A stretch of DNA of 64,000 nt. Origin: Octopus sinensis. Lineage: Eukaryota. Under the pieces are notes generated by a model. The model had not been told where the DNA came from and ran no database searches. It worked only from the letters and a program-made list of their open reading frames with translations. The translations under genes and the position numbers were made by a program. Each line of letters begins with the position of its first letter. Positions within the stretch are counted from its first letter, which is position 1. The stretch is from positions 62,001-126,000 of the forward strand of contig NW_021832433.1 in assembly GCF_006345805.1 (NCBI RefSeq), in the 5' to 3' direction. This document shows, one piece after another, positions 29,508 to 44,591 of this stretch.

Positions 29508-30479
29508 GCTAATACCAGCAGAATATCAAACACTTAAGGATCAAAATTCAGTCGTTTACACTGGCCCCAGTTTATAACTAGTAATTAATTTTATCAACGT
29601 CGAAGGCATAATATGCGAAGCTGACCTCATGGGATTTTAATGTTTCTTGCCATACGTACAAAGTGTTAGAAATTTGGAGGAGGTGTAAGTCAATACTATC
29701 GACGCCATTACTTCACTGATAATTTAATTTCTCGACAATGAAATGATGAAGGGCAAAATTGACTTGGACATGAATTGAACTCAGGAAGAAAGAGCCCAAG
29801 GCAGTTTGTTCGACGCTCTAAAGATCCTTCCACGGAGTGTCAATGAACGTTTAACACGATCACCCAAGAATAGTGAACATAAAAAGAGTTTGTTGTCCTC
29901 CTTAGACTAGTGGCCTGATGTGAAATGATGCAATTATATGAACTCTCAATGAAGAATCCACGAAACAAATGATGGAGTTAAAAGGGAGTAAAAGATGAAT
30001 TTTACATGTGAAAAACTTGAAACAGAGGTTCCGCCAATCAGCTTTCTCGCAGGCCTCAACTAGAACAACTTCATTCACACGATATTGGCGTCTGCGAAGG
30101 AGTTGCGTACAAAAACCTACCCAAGTGAGAGGCGAACACAGATCTAGCGATGGCGAAGCTAACATTGATTAATACCACACCAAGTCAGAACCTCGATCCA
30201 AATTAAGAGTGTGGCCTTGTGCCAGACTGAGAAATTACTGTGGTTGCAAACACTGACTATGATATTGTAGAAGACGCCATTATTGATGTCAAATGTTTGT
30301 AGCAAAATTTACGGTGTTTATGTCCGCCATTAATTATACTGTGTGTTCCAAAGACATATGCATGATTAAAGCAAGTCTTAATAATTCAAGAGGCGGTCAG
30401 TTTATTTATTCTGTAACGTTGTGGTTACATGTGTGTTTGTTTTTGATGATGAATGCATTGTATATAATTATATTTATAT

Positions 30480-30536
<57 letters not shown>

Positions 30537-31822
30537 ATACATGTGTACATATATATGATACATATATGCAACTCTGTGTGTGTATGTAGCTATCTATAGT
30601 AATTGTATCTTCTTTCTTTCTCTCTCCCTCACACACACACACACACACACACTCTCATTCAAATATGTAAAACATCTTGGCAGACCATTGGATCTGTATC
30701 CATGACAAAGTTCTTACAAATAAAAGGATTCAACAACTTCTGTGAGTTGTGGCTGGCTAGTATGGTTCCATCAACAATGTAATTGCCTCACATGAAGCTA
30801 CTTACAAGACAATCTCGTTGGGAAATGAGATCAACCCACAATTAGGACGATTCACTCGTCGTTATTGAACAAATTCCTCTTACCAAAATTCCGAGGAATC
30901 AGCTTATAAATTTGTCTTTGATATTTTAAGCAATATCACAGTATTGCAGTATAATTCAGTGCATAGTATCACAGTATTGCAGTGCGCAAAATGTGAACGT
31001 TTGACTGTGCTAGTAAGTTTTCAAAATTATGTGTTGTATTCACGTTACGTTACAAGCATTTTGTAGAAAATTCTATCGATTTCCATGAAGGCTAACAATT
31101 TCTAAATCTGTTTGAAAAGTGATTTGGCACGAAACTCTAAAATTCTGAGACACTAAAATAGCTATGCCAGTTAATAATATTTCAATAGCAGTTGCAAGCT
31201 GTACTGAATATCTCACTGTGAAATAAATTCGATTTAACATAGACTGCATTCACTGTCTTGAGAGAGAGAGAGAGAAGAGAGAGAGGAATTTCAATCAGAT
31301 GCCGGTGAGGAGGGTTGTATCTCAATGTGAGTTTGTGACTAAATTCATATGTGTATACATTAAGTCTGACAAACAGCTAGCTACTTGAATCTTATACTGC
31401 TTCCGCTGTATATAAGGGATTTTCAAACAACCGGGCGGCAACTTGCATCGTCAGTGATTGTTGATCCACTGTTTCTTAAATATCTAAAGGCATGAGGTGG
31501 AATTTAAGTGGGATTTAAATATCTAAAGGCATGAAATGGTATTTAAGTACAGGCTATTGATAGAATCCAACGAGCAAGAAATACATACAGTTTTCTCAGC
31601 ACCAGTGGCGGAGACGATTTTCGCCTCCCACTAATATATATTTTGTTTTTAAACACTGCACGTCCATAAGAAATATTATCGTTAGAAGAATACCGAAGTA
31701 AATTTGCCTTTTATCATGTATTTACATAACGTATGACACACAGACTTCTATCTTAATCTAACCACTTCTGTGACATATACATACATACATACATATACAT
31801 ATATATATATATATATATTTAC

Positions 31823-31880
<58 letters not shown>

Positions 31881-32167
31881 CAGAGAGAGAGAGAGATAAA
31901 GAAAGATAGTATTACATATTACAAACATGTGTGTGTAACAGACATTACTACTGCGTAACTATGGAAGTATAAACATTAATGAGGCTAATTAAGTTAGTGT
32001 TAGTTGCATAAACTACTTCCAAATTAGTGTTTGTTGCATCAGACACTCGCGCTCCCCCCTCTCATAAACAACTGAGAAATAATCTTTTGAACTTTTCTCA
32101 GCTGAAATTTTAGTTAATTTTACAGACATTCCATGTTTTATTGCCTTCACATCAGATATATATATAT

Positions 32168-32293
<126 letters not shown>

Positions 32294-32909
32294 GTGGATA
32301 TAGAGTAATACAATTATCTAAAAGGTGCACATAACAACACGTATTTTCACATACAAGATGACATGCACTATATAACTACGAGCGCTCTCTACCCGTCTTT
32401 TTTCTCAGCCTATCAGTGTGTGTGTGTGTATACAGATATGTATGTGTGCGTGTGTATATAAGTGTGTGTGTGCATGTGTGTATATATATATATATATGTA
32501 TGTTTGTGCATGTAACCTATATATATATGAGGATATAATATATATATTATATATCTGCTTTTAATGCGCTATAAACACATAGGTGTCCACATATAAATAT
32601 ATGCGTGTATACATAGAAACATGCGCATGCGAAAAGGTTTACGCATTCTGTCGTTTAGCAACTGTCGAACTCTAAGGAAGTATGCCTGTGGTAAAAGGTA
32701 TTCCAGTAACGACCACTACGCCTTTATAGAAGAATTTCTTTGTCTGCATTTATCTAGTGTTTCATTCCAATTTCTAAAGTGTTCGGACAAAATTTCTTCC
32801 ATAAAGTTTGGAGGAGAAATTGTTGTGTCTCAAAACAGAGGAGGTTTAGATCTTTTAAACTTGTCCAAAATAAAGAAACTGGAATTAGAATGAGCCAATT
32901 TGTTTTCGC

Positions 32910-33225
32910 CTTAGTCAGAAGCGATTCTGATTGGTCCGTCCCTGGCTTCAACTCTGCAACCTTTGTTACATAGAATTCTCATTTTCATCGTTATTACCAC
33001 AGGAAATTACTCTGATGAACTTTCTCTCATAGTTTCATTCCCTTTGTGCCATCTGACCAGACTCGCAGCATCTTCATACAAATGCTGATGTGCTTCCACA
33101 AACCAGCAAGTCTTTCTAAAATAGTCACTTCTTCTCTCGGAATGCCAGATTTTGGAACTCTCTTCCATCTCATTATCTTCCTCCTACTTATGACCATTTC
33201 AAGTCAAAAGTAAATTTATTCAATT
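32910..33225 (+). mobile_element. Decayed CR1/Jockey-like LINE 3' fragment
   Basis: PSLASTLQPLLHR...FHRYYH...FFSRNARFWNSLPSHYLPPTYDHFKSKVN across frameshifts. Confidence 0.55.
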
Positions 33226-33504
33226 CATTTTGAGTTCTCCTTTTTCAAAGTCCCTTACACGAACTGGCTTTTGCCTTGTTTGGCAATTTCTTACGACGAA
33301 AAACGAAAAGTAAAAAAAATTAGGAGAGTGGGAAAAAATATTTCAGTTTTCTTTTCTTCAATTTGGATGATCCCCGAGTTTGTCATTGTGAGAACCAGTT
33401 GCCGAGTGAGGTGCAGGTGGCGAGTGTGATCATATCTATGCGCATATTACGAATTGCTGCGCATAACCAAAACAAAAGTTTAAAAAGGACACTGTGTGGC
33501 TCAG

Positions 33505-33725
33505 TAACCCTTTAGCATTCAGAATGCTCTGCCAAATGTAATACTTATTCGCTCACATTGTTTTGAAATAATCATGCATTATCTCATGGTTTCGAGATTC
33601 TGATGATGTGCTTGTTCATTTTTAGTATGACATTGTAGGATAGGCGCCAGAGGCTGGAGCTGGCCGGTTTTAATATAAACCAGAATATTTGGGATTCAAA
33701 TGACCAGTTTAAATACAAAAGGGAA
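33505..33725. mobile_element. Probable MITE with degenerate TAACCCTTTAGCATT termini
   Basis: Left end TAACCCTTTAGCATTCAG; right end AAATACAAAAGGGAA is a partial inverted match. Confidence 0.35.
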
Positions 33726-33997
33726 AAAAGCTATGTCTTGTTGGCTGCTGCTGCTGCTGGTCGGCCTACTGGCCACGATATTGCGAAGGTAGGACTGGTC
33801 GGTGGTCATCTGTTTTTCTTCATCTATAAAATCGTTCTATCTTCTTAGTGGTCTGCAGCTAATGAGGTTGTCGATGTCGTTGTTACACCTTTAGCGCATG
33901 CGCATCAGCTTGCATGTGTAGGTGGATATAGATCAATATACATTGTACAGTTTGGGATTGATATATCTGGTAGAGAGAATGTTACAATCTCACTCTT

Positions 33998-34080
<83 letters not shown>

Positions 34081-34200
34081 GTGTTGTTGTTGTGTTTTGT
34101 GTTTGTGTGTATGTATATAACCACGCTCACTGAAGTGTAGTGCAATATGAATATGTGTATCTATTTATCTAGCTCTCTCTCTATATATATAAGTATATAT

Positions 34201-34250
<50 letters not shown>

Positions 34251-34321
34251 ATATATATACATATGTATATATATATTTATGCATATATAGATATACATAT
34301 CTATTATTACGTATATATAAA

Positions 34322-34393
<72 letters not shown>

Positions 34394-35330
34394 AGCTCCA
34401 TACGCGTGTTTAATCACTGAGGGAAAGCTCCATATACATATACACACATGTATATGCAAATATATATACATACGTATATATATACACACTCACTGATACG
34501 CCTTTGGAGCAGGACGGAAGTGGAAAGATACTAAAATAACGGTGTTACGTAACTTTAATGCATTTCCTGATAAGAAGGTATCATCTAATGTAATAACGCA
34601 ATGCGTCAAGACTAGAAGGAGTCAGCGCCATAGGTCACGTGATATTCTTCCATTATAATAATGCTTCTTTCCTAAACCTTTAAACCTTCGCTAAACATTA
34701 GAGAGAATGCTGTACAGGTCTTTGAAACGATGAACTTGTCATTTGCGTCAGTGTTTTTCCTGGTGTGAACTGAGAACTTTCAAGATATCCAGTTGGCCCG
34801 CTTAACAGCTTTTACGTTTCCACATATGAGCGCGCGCGTGTGTGTGTGTGTGTTGTGTGTGTGTGTGTGTGTGTGCTTGTGTGTGTGTGCATGCGTGTAT
34901 AAAATAATATATATATATATATATATATACATACATAGGTATGTGTGTGTATATATACATATATATATATGTATGTATATATATATAGATATATATATAA
35001 TATATATATATATTATATGGGTGCGAGTATATGTATATATGTATGTATATATTTTATCATTAATTAAAATCTAGGGTAGCAAGAATATTCATCGAAAAAT
35101 TCTTAGTTACCAGTGGTCAGCGAGAAAGAAAAATTAGTCAATAGACTATACATTATTCAGGGAAGAAATTAGTGTACGTTCACTTTCGGAATTACAACAA
35201 TTGATGGCTCGGAGTTTTAACTGCTCTTTCTAGCGAGTCAGATATCCTATTCTTCGGGTACCTCTTTTGTGTATGTATGTATATAAGTACATCTCTATGT
35301 ATATCTGTGTGTATGTATGCGCATATATAC

Positions 35331-35376
<46 letters not shown>

Positions 35377-35383
35377 GTATCTA

Positions 35384-35441
<58 letters not shown>

Positions 35442-35474
35442 CCGATCTATATCCTATCTCCTCTCTCTATCTAT

Positions 35475-35571
<97 letters not shown>

Positions 35572-35573
<2 letters not shown>

Positions 35574-35788
35574 TCTTTTACTCTTACTCTTTACTCTTTT
35601 ACTTGTTTCACTCATTTGACTGTGGCCATGCTGGAGCACCGCCTTTAATCGACCAAATCGACCCCGGGACTATTCATTGTAAGACCAGTACTTATTCTAT
35701 CGGTCTCTTTTTGCCGAACCGCTAAGTGACGGGGACGTAAACACTCCAACATCGGTTGTCAAGCAATGCTAGGGGGACAAACACAGAT

Positions 35789-35849
<61 letters not shown>

Positions 35850-36020
35850 CATATATACGACGGGTTTCTTTCAGTTTCCGTCTACCGAATCCACTCACAA
35901 GGCATTGGTCGGCCCGGGGCTATAGCAGAAGACATTTGCCCAAGATGCCACGCAGTGGGACTGAACCCGGAACCATGTGGTTGGTTAGCAAGCTACTTAC
36001 CACACAGCCACTCCTGCGCC
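35572..36020 (-). mobile_element. SINE family B copy (near full length)
   Basis: Head ends at CTCCTGCGCC (36020); tail is (ACTCTTTT)n at 35572. Confidence 0.85.
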
Positions 36021-36673
36021 TATATATATATATATAAGTTATCTATATGTGTATATATATATATATATATATGTTTTGCTTTTATGTTCAGTTATAATAA
36101 AAACAATTTTATATCAATCTGTGGGTTTACTCTGTACCTTTCTGGAGTAAGTTGTTATTATTCTTTAACAGGAATAGTACTGACAGTGACATCGAAGTTT
36201 CGACCTGCTAAGCGATCATTTATAAATATAGACATATTTATATGAATATATGCATATCTACATAGTATATTTATGCAAATGCAAATATATATCTGTATAT
36301 GCATACGTCTCACACTCATATGTAAACGTAGATGTATAGAAATTTAATGATGTATATGTATATGCTTGTATATGCCTATTCTACACACACACACACACAC
36401 ACATACTGACATATATAACTGAACAAAAATAGTGCTGAAAGGGACTTCGATGTTTTGACCCACTAAGTCATCATCGGACACTTCAATGGTGGTTTATATG
36501 GTTGAAACTTCGAAGTCACTGTCAGTGCTATTTCAGTTAAAAAATAAACATCTGTTTCATATCAACGAAAAATTATATTATATTTGAAAACAAATACAAA
36601 CAATAATGTGAAGAAATAAAACAAAGGCAGAGACGACTACGGTAAAATAACTCAATATAAGATTAGTGGAATG

Positions 36674-36777
<104 letters not shown>

Positions 36778-37319
36778 GAGAGAGAGAAAGTATGAAAATG
36801 TTATGACAAGCCAGGTTAAATTCAGAGAACCTCCTTTGTCAGGCACCCCATGTCCCATCTAGAGGTGATAACCTCAAACTCAATGTGAAGAAAATGGAGA
36901 AATACGTTCTTATATAGAATTAATTAGTTCATATATTAATCAATGATGCGTTAAGTAATTTTCTACTTGTACTAATTGCCAAATATACATTACCAGACAA
37001 TTTATTCCGGATATGTCTTGATATAAATATCCTATTTTTGTCTGTGAAATCCACTTGTTCTATGTGGAGAGTGGCGTTAGAGATTTGAAGGGCAAGAGAA
37101 AATCAACTTTTATGGTCTAAGATGTGTTACGAGATGGGAAATATCTCTGAGTGGCCAGTAGCGTTTATAGGAATAACCAAGACAAATACAGGTCTGTCAA
37201 TTACCATACAACATAAATTATAGATTTATTAAAACTGCCTCTAACTCTCGAGGCTATAAGTTGTACTCCATGGTGTTTGATATACCTGTAATACACAGAC
37301 GCATGCGCGCGTGTGTGCG

Positions 37320-37585
37320 AAGGCCCGTGGCCTTGTGGTTAGATTGTTGAACTCACGATCGCAGTATCCTGGTCTCGATTCCTGCAGCGGCGACGCTTTT
37401 TGTTCTTGAGCAAAACATTTAATTTTACGTCATTCCAGTCCACTAAGCTGTAAATGGCTCAACCTGCGACGAACTGACCTTGCGATCAGGCTTGCCGTCT
37501 TGCTAGCCGCGTGGCATAATTCGAAAGTAAAAATAAAGCGAGGACATGCACTGTGACCAGTGGTGTGTGGCAATTTCAATCGATT
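37320..37585 (+). mobile_element. Diverged tRNA-derived SINE
   Basis: GGCCTTGTGGTTAG...GTCTCGATTCC head; the 3' part resembles 12940-13020. Confidence 0.5.
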
Positions 37586-38449
37586 GAGTATAATAACGTA
37601 ATATACACATACATGCATAGATACATATACTCACACCCATAAATATATATGAATATTGAAAGCTCCGAATAAACCGTCCTTGTTTTTTTCCTATCCTTTT
37701 TTGTATCGTCTAACTGTCCGAATGATTTCTTGTCGCCTGTTATGTTCTTGTTCCAATTTTTCTTTTGATTTTTTTTACATACCTATAGCGGCGTACGTAC
37801 ACTTTCGGTCTCCTGTATCTAAGTACATATTAAATATATATATAAATTCTGTACGACTCTTTTACTCTTTCCTTTAGCCCCCTCACACTTTCTTCGTTGC
37901 TTCCACTTTTCTTTTTCTCGCTTCCATCCTCTCTCACATTCCTTGACCTTTCCTTCTTTCTCATCACTTCCTCCTCCTTTATTTCACTCTATCCCTACCT
38001 TTTTTCTCTCTCGTCCCTCCATAATCCTTCAATCCCTGTACTCCCTACCTCTCTCCTCTCCTTCCAAGTGACCGGTGTTCGGCCAATCCTGACCTTTCTT
38101 GCTTGGTTCGACTACCATCCATGCAGCATCTCTTATATTCCTTCCCCTGATTTTCATCCTCGTTGATGCTGTTCAAGGTTTGGTATATCCAATTCTCCAT
38201 AATCCTCGTACGTATGACTCTTTTCGATTTTTGCAACCCACATAATTGGAGATTGTATAAATATTAAATATTGTTGTGGTCGTTGTGTTTAGCCCTAGGA
38301 TCAGCCTAACCGAATACAATTATGATCAGAGGCAAACCGTCGAAAGCCAACCCGTTTTCAATAACTTAATTACTCAAACTATCCTTGCGTTTATAGAGAA
38401 AAGAGCGAGTGATTTGAGGGATGTTGTGCTCTTATTTTTAGCATATATA

Positions 38450-38843
38450 GGCGCAGGAGTGGCTGCGTGGTAAGTAGCTTGCTTACCATCCACATGGTTC
38501 TGGGTTCAGTCCTACTGCCTGGCACTGTGGGCAAAGTATCTTCTACTATAGCCTCGGGCCGATCAAAGCCTTGTAAGTGGATTTGGTAGACGGAAACTGA
38601 AAGAAGCCCGTCGTATATATATATATGTGTGTATGTGTATTTGTGTGTGTTTGTGTGTGTCCCCACAACATCGCTTGACAATCGATGCTGGTGTGTTTTT
38701 ATCCTCGTAACTTAGCGGTTCGGCAAAAGATACCGATAGAATAAGTACTAGGCTTACAAAAAATATGTCATGGAATCGATTTGTTCGACTAAAGGCGGTG
38801 CTCCAGCATGGCCTCAGTCAAACGACTGAAACAAGTAAAAGAA
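38450..38843 (+). mobile_element. SINE family B copy
   Basis: GGCGCAGGAGTGGCTG head through GACTGAAACAAGTAAAAGA. Confidence 0.85.
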
Positions 38844-39405
38844 TATCGAGTGACCGACAGCTTCTTCACCATATTTGTTTCACGCAAACATACATATATA
38901 TGTATATGCACCTGTGTATAATAAGCTCCCATACACAAATAAGTGTGTGCGCGTCTGTATCTACACACGTACACATGCATAGATATATATTTACGCGTAT
39001 ATTTATAAATGTATATATACAAATGGATATACGAGTGTGTTTGTATTAAATGGTAGAGAGGTGGGGGTGTACACTGGGGTTGAATGCTGTGGCAGCCTTT
39101 CCTTCAGTGTCAGTGCATTAGCGGTGACGTGTGTGAGAGTGAAATGATTAGAGTCCGGAGATTGAGACAGCGCCGCAGTTACGGTTTTACCGGAAGCTCA
39201 CCTCCAGCTCTAAACGTCACTAACCAAACCATGCAGTCCCCACTCCTCCCCTACGCCCATTTTCTTCGATTCTTCGCCTCCACCACCATTTTGACTTGCA
39301 TTACCCCCCCCCCACACACACACACATACCGTACATCACTACACGCCAATTCACCTCACCACAATTCGCTACACATCGCCGACAGTTGACGACGAAGCAC
39401 AAGAA

Positions 39406-39575
<170 letters not shown>

Positions 39576-40126
39576 TGCCATAAAGATGGCCGCTTTCCTT
39601 GGAGTGCTTCCTCGTTTATCGACCGAAAATGGTGTTGTGTTAAGCACTCCCAGCAGGCTTTGGAATAATTTCCGGTCTGAAAATCTCCGTGAAGTAGTCA
39701 TCTCAGCAGGAATTTGATGAGAACATGATGCCAACCGATTTAAAAACGTCCAATATAGTAGATTCCCTTAATCTGTTCGTTAAAGCGTTCCTATTTCTAT
39801 GGTTCACTTTTTAAATTTGAAGCTGAAATTAAAGCTATTATCAACGAACGCTGTTTCTTTATAATGTACTTATTTATTTATACATTCTGTATATGCAATA
39901 TTTCTGGTGCATTCTCACATCTATCAATCTCTCTCTTTAAATACATATACACATCTATATCTGCACATAGACACACACATATGCACACACACAGAATATA
40001 TATATATATACATACACATACACACAATATATATATCTATAGATACATACATACATGCAATATATATATTATATATACACACAATATATATAATATATAT
40101 ACATACACACTATATATATAAATATA

Positions 40127-40159
<33 letters not shown>

Positions 40160-40689
40160 GATACACATACATACACTCCTTATATATACAATATATATAT
40201 ATATACTATATATATATATAAACATACATACATTCACTCAATATAGATACAATATATATATATACATACATACATAAATGCATACACTCAATATATATAC
40301 AATGTATATACATACATATGCATATACATACATACATACATACATACATACATACATACATACATACATACATACATACATACATACACAAAGATATGCA
40401 GAAACAATTTTTCCATCACTTTAACAGTATCATAGACAGTAATTTTCTGTTAATCTCTCTCTCTCCTTCTCTCCTTCTCACGCACTATGCTTTCTACATA
40501 TGTGTGTGTGTGTGTTCATGCCTGTAATAGTAGACGTGTAAATCTAGTGCCGCAGGAAACCCGACCTGTAATACATCGACCTCTGTCACTTATGTCAGTA
40601 TTGTAATATTGACAAACCTATTAAAACACAACATCTATATTAGTCTACGTGGCGACAGTTTTATTATAACGATAGCAATAATAGTGCTT

Positions 40690-41118
40690 TCAAATTCTGG
40701 CTCAAGGCCAGCAACACTAGGTGGTGTCGGTGGGGTGGGGGTGTTGAATTGATTACACTGACCCCCAGTGCTTAACTGGTTCTTATTTTATCGATCTCAT
40801 AAAGATGAAAGGGAAAGTCAACCTTGACGGAACTTGGCGAAATAGCGTTAAGCGGTTTGACCGGCGTGTTATCAATTGTGTCACCACGCCGCCCTAACAA
40901 CAATGCATGTGCACGTGTGTGCGTTATATATATATATATAAGGCGAGCTGGCAGAAACGTTAGCGCGCCAGGCGAAATGCTTAGCGGTATTTCTTCTGCC
41001 GTTACCTTCTGAGTTCAAATTCCGCCGAGGTCGACTTTGCCTTTCATCCTTTCGGGGTCGATAAATAAAGTACCAGTTATGCATCTCTCCTCTATGTTTT
41101 GCCCCTTGTGGGCAATAA

Positions 41119-41122
<4 letters not shown>
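40690..41122. mobile_element. Two SINE family A copies, head to head (40690-40890 minus; 40941-41122 plus)
   Basis: Core motif present in both orientations. Confidence 0.7.
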
Positions 41123-41155
<33 letters not shown>

Positions 41156-42124
41156 TATACAAATAAAGGTTACAAACCTCATTGAGAGATAGCAAAAACC
41201 TATGAAAGTACCTATACAAAAAATGTTGAACATTGCAGTTAATACTCAACTGCAAGGCAACAATATAAACCGTGGTTTACAACTCCAGTATACACAACCT
41301 TCCTCCCCTTTCTAAGGTCTCTAACATTTTTTATACTATGTTCTTTATGCATAAATTTTATCAGTTAACAGTTTGCAGCCGTTTACTCAACATCCAGGAA
41401 TTGAACAACTGTTTTGTATATCTTAAACTACCTGTGACGTGATTCGACTTACAAATGATTTTAAAATTTATTAATTAATTTTTCTGAGGCTCTTCACTTG
41501 AAACAGCTGTAAGGGGTGTATATCAATTTTTTTTAATTAATAAATAATAATTTTTTAAATATCTCTCTATTTTCTTATCTTATGTTATATATACGTATGT
41601 ATGTATATATGTAATTGTTTTATGTGTGTATGTGTGAAAATATGTGTTTGAACTTTCCTATACGTAACTTTTCGGAAGAGGTGGTCACACTGGATAATGA
41701 GTCAAGTCAAACGTTCATAGAAACATTTATGTGTGTAACAGCGAACATGCGAAACATGCGAATAATATCCAATATTATTTCATATCTCAAGCATGTTTTC
41801 CGTTCTACCTCCCGTATTTGAGTCCAATTCAATGTTTTGTACAGCAATTACAATATGTATATATAATGCATTTAATACATTTAAAACCACATTATATATA
41901 CGTAGACACACACACACACGTATAGAAGTGTATATAGAAACAACTCGTGGTGTCGTTCAACATAGCAGTGACAACGATAGGGTCTTTGTTAAATGGCGGG
42001 ATGGAGTCAGAGGCTTAAGGTCAGTTTAGACGTCGTTTGAGTGAATCATCGCATCCCACAGACAACATCTACTGCACAGTAAAGAAAGGGGTATATATGC
42101 ACACACACACACACACACACCTGT

Positions 42125-42486
42125 ATGTTTCCGGGTTCAGTCCTACTCCGTAGTACCTTGAGCAAGTGTCTTCTGCTGTAGCACTCGAGCCGACCAGAGC
42201 CTTGTGAGTGGATTTGGAAGACGGAAACTGAAAGAATCCCGTTACGTGTGTATGTCTGGCAGTGTGTCTGTGCTACGCTGCAGCTTGATAACCAGTGTTG
42301 CTGTGCATACGGTTGGGCAAGAGTAACTGATTCTTGTAACGGTGTTGATGTGTAGCGGTTGGGTAAGGTAAGCGATTGAACAAGTACAATGCTCGAATCA
42401 ATTCGTAAGACTAAAAAAAAATACTTCATGGCGGTGCCCCAGCATGGTCGCTGTCTAATGATTGAAACGAGGAAAAGAGTAAAAGA
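42125..42486 (+). mobile_element. SINE family B, older 5'-truncated copy
   Basis: CCGGGTTCAGTCC...GCCTTGTGAGTGGATTTGG...CCCCAGCATGG. Confidence 0.65.
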
Positions 42487-42825
42487 CGTAGGCCACCGTG
42501 TATCGTTGCAGTTCCTTGGTTTAGTGTCACGATGAAGTCTAAAACGATATTGTAGAAATATATCTCACCTGGTTTAAAAATGTTTGGTTTAAAGCAAATT
42601 TTTGTTTTGTTCTTGAAGGAATTGTTGAAAGAGAATCATCATTTGGCAGGAATATGGTAAGTGGGGTGGAACCTGCTCTTGATAGTAAAGACCGAATCTC
42701 CGGGTATCTGCTAATATAACCAGCCGCGTGGCTGAAAATATAAAAAGAAGAAATGCTTCTAAATATACATGCATAGATAAACTCAGTTACATATACAATT
42801 ACACACACACACACACACACATTTG

Positions 42826-42998
42826 TACAAGAGGGTGCTGAAGGTCCTGGCTTTAAGGGAAAGGCCTATTTGGACGCTTAACTTACCGAGTTCTTTTGCA
42901 GGGTTTAGAAAAATTGAAGGACCGATGTGAATCTGAGAGGGGAAAATGTTCAATAAAATCATAATTAACTGATTCTCCATTCAGCATCCCCTCGTGTA
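42826..42998 (+). mobile_element. Mariner-derived MITE
   Basis: Terminal inverted repeats TACAAGAGGGTGCTGAA / TTCAGCATCCCCTCGTGTA with TA ends; the interior resembles the transposase C-terminus. Confidence 0.65.
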
Positions 42999-43016
42999 TG
43001 TGTGTGCGTGTTTATA

Positions 43017-43238
43017 TACACTAGGGGATACTTAAAAGTTCCTGGCATTGAGGGTATCACGAAAGGCCTAGTTGGAGGCCCAACCTTCCGAGTTTTTTTA
43101 TAGGGATTAGAAAAACTTAAGGATCGTTGCCCCGAATGTGTGAATCTGAGAGGGGAATATGTTGCATAAAATCATAATTAACTGATTCTCCTGTATTTTA
43201 TTTTACCCGAAGTCAAGAACTTTTCAGCCCGTATCGTA
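43017..43238 (+). mobile_element. Second copy of the same mariner-derived MITE
   Basis: Homologous to 42826-42998; interior reads GLEKLKDRCPECVNLRGEYVA*. Confidence 0.6.
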
Positions 43239-43984
43239 AATACATTAATGATAGTTATACAAGAGATAGTGCACAGATACGCATCATTAACTTTCGTGTA
43301 GACGTATTCCTTCTCGAGTCAGAAGGACCCTATTTGTACATAGCCGAAAGGCTCCTGCAGGAAACTTAAGTAACCGACTCTGAAGCCTGACCACTATGTA
43401 AACATCAGTGTAACATATTTACTAAGATATTAATTCTTCATGCTTTTTGAAAGTTAGTTAGCTCTCTCTCTCTCTCTTTCCCTGATAGAAATTTTCGGTT
43501 GGTGTCTGGCGTGCTGGAAGAGCACTGGGAGTGATGCACCCCTTATCTTTTGTTAAGGCATCTCTCTAGTAGACGGTTACTCTGATATAAAACCAGATAT
43601 GCAGAGAATGTCATTGGACTATTTAGGGATGATTTGCTTCTACTTGAAATCATGATTTTCCAACATTCCTGAAGTTGCGATTCATACTGGTACTGAATAT
43701 CTTGACGCTGCTTGTCTCTGGATAGTGTCAGCAGCGTTGTGAGGGCCTATGAGGTGCAAGCCTTAAGGAGCCTAAACTTTTAGATTATTTAATCGCCAGA
43801 AAGACAACTATTTGATGCCCAGTCGAGCAGGAGGGCACCGCAGGAAACTTGGAGGCTACGTGAACACACTCAGGTGAACTCGACTCCTCATACACGGATG
43901 TTGCTGACATTTTGTATGGGAAATGGGCATTAATAACCCTCCTATGTCAAGAGTAGACAACTGTCATATACGTACACACCACAC

Positions 43985-44022
43985 ATATATATATATATGT
44001 ATATATGTATAAATATATATAT

Positions 44023-44074
<52 letters not shown>

Positions 44075-44171
44075 ATTATATATATATATATGTATATATA
44101 TATATGTATATATGTATATATATATATATGTATGTGTATATATATATATATATATATGCATATGTATATGC

Positions 44172-44250
<79 letters not shown>
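43985..44250. repeat. Interrupted (TA)n microsatellite
   Basis: Directly visible. Confidence 0.95.
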
Positions 44251-44252
<2 letters not shown>

Positions 44253-44591
44253 CGATTGTAGACTGCTTAATTACAACGAAGTTTTTTAGTTCTGGACTTA
44301 ATTTGACATTGGTCAATCGTATTAAAATAGCCATGTATATTGTTATACATAATTATATTGTTAACATTGGTTATATGTTATTTCTTCGCACTACAAATTT
44401 CTGTGTATATACATGCGTATGTGTGTGTGTGTGTGTATGCACATATAATCGTTGACTGTTTGCATGCCATTGCTATTATCTAGTCTTTTAATCAGTGTCT
44501 CCATGCTTTAGCTAATATTTGTATCCATATATACGCATAAAATTATACACACACAGAGGACTTAGATGCACCGTCGATGGAAGGAACTTAC

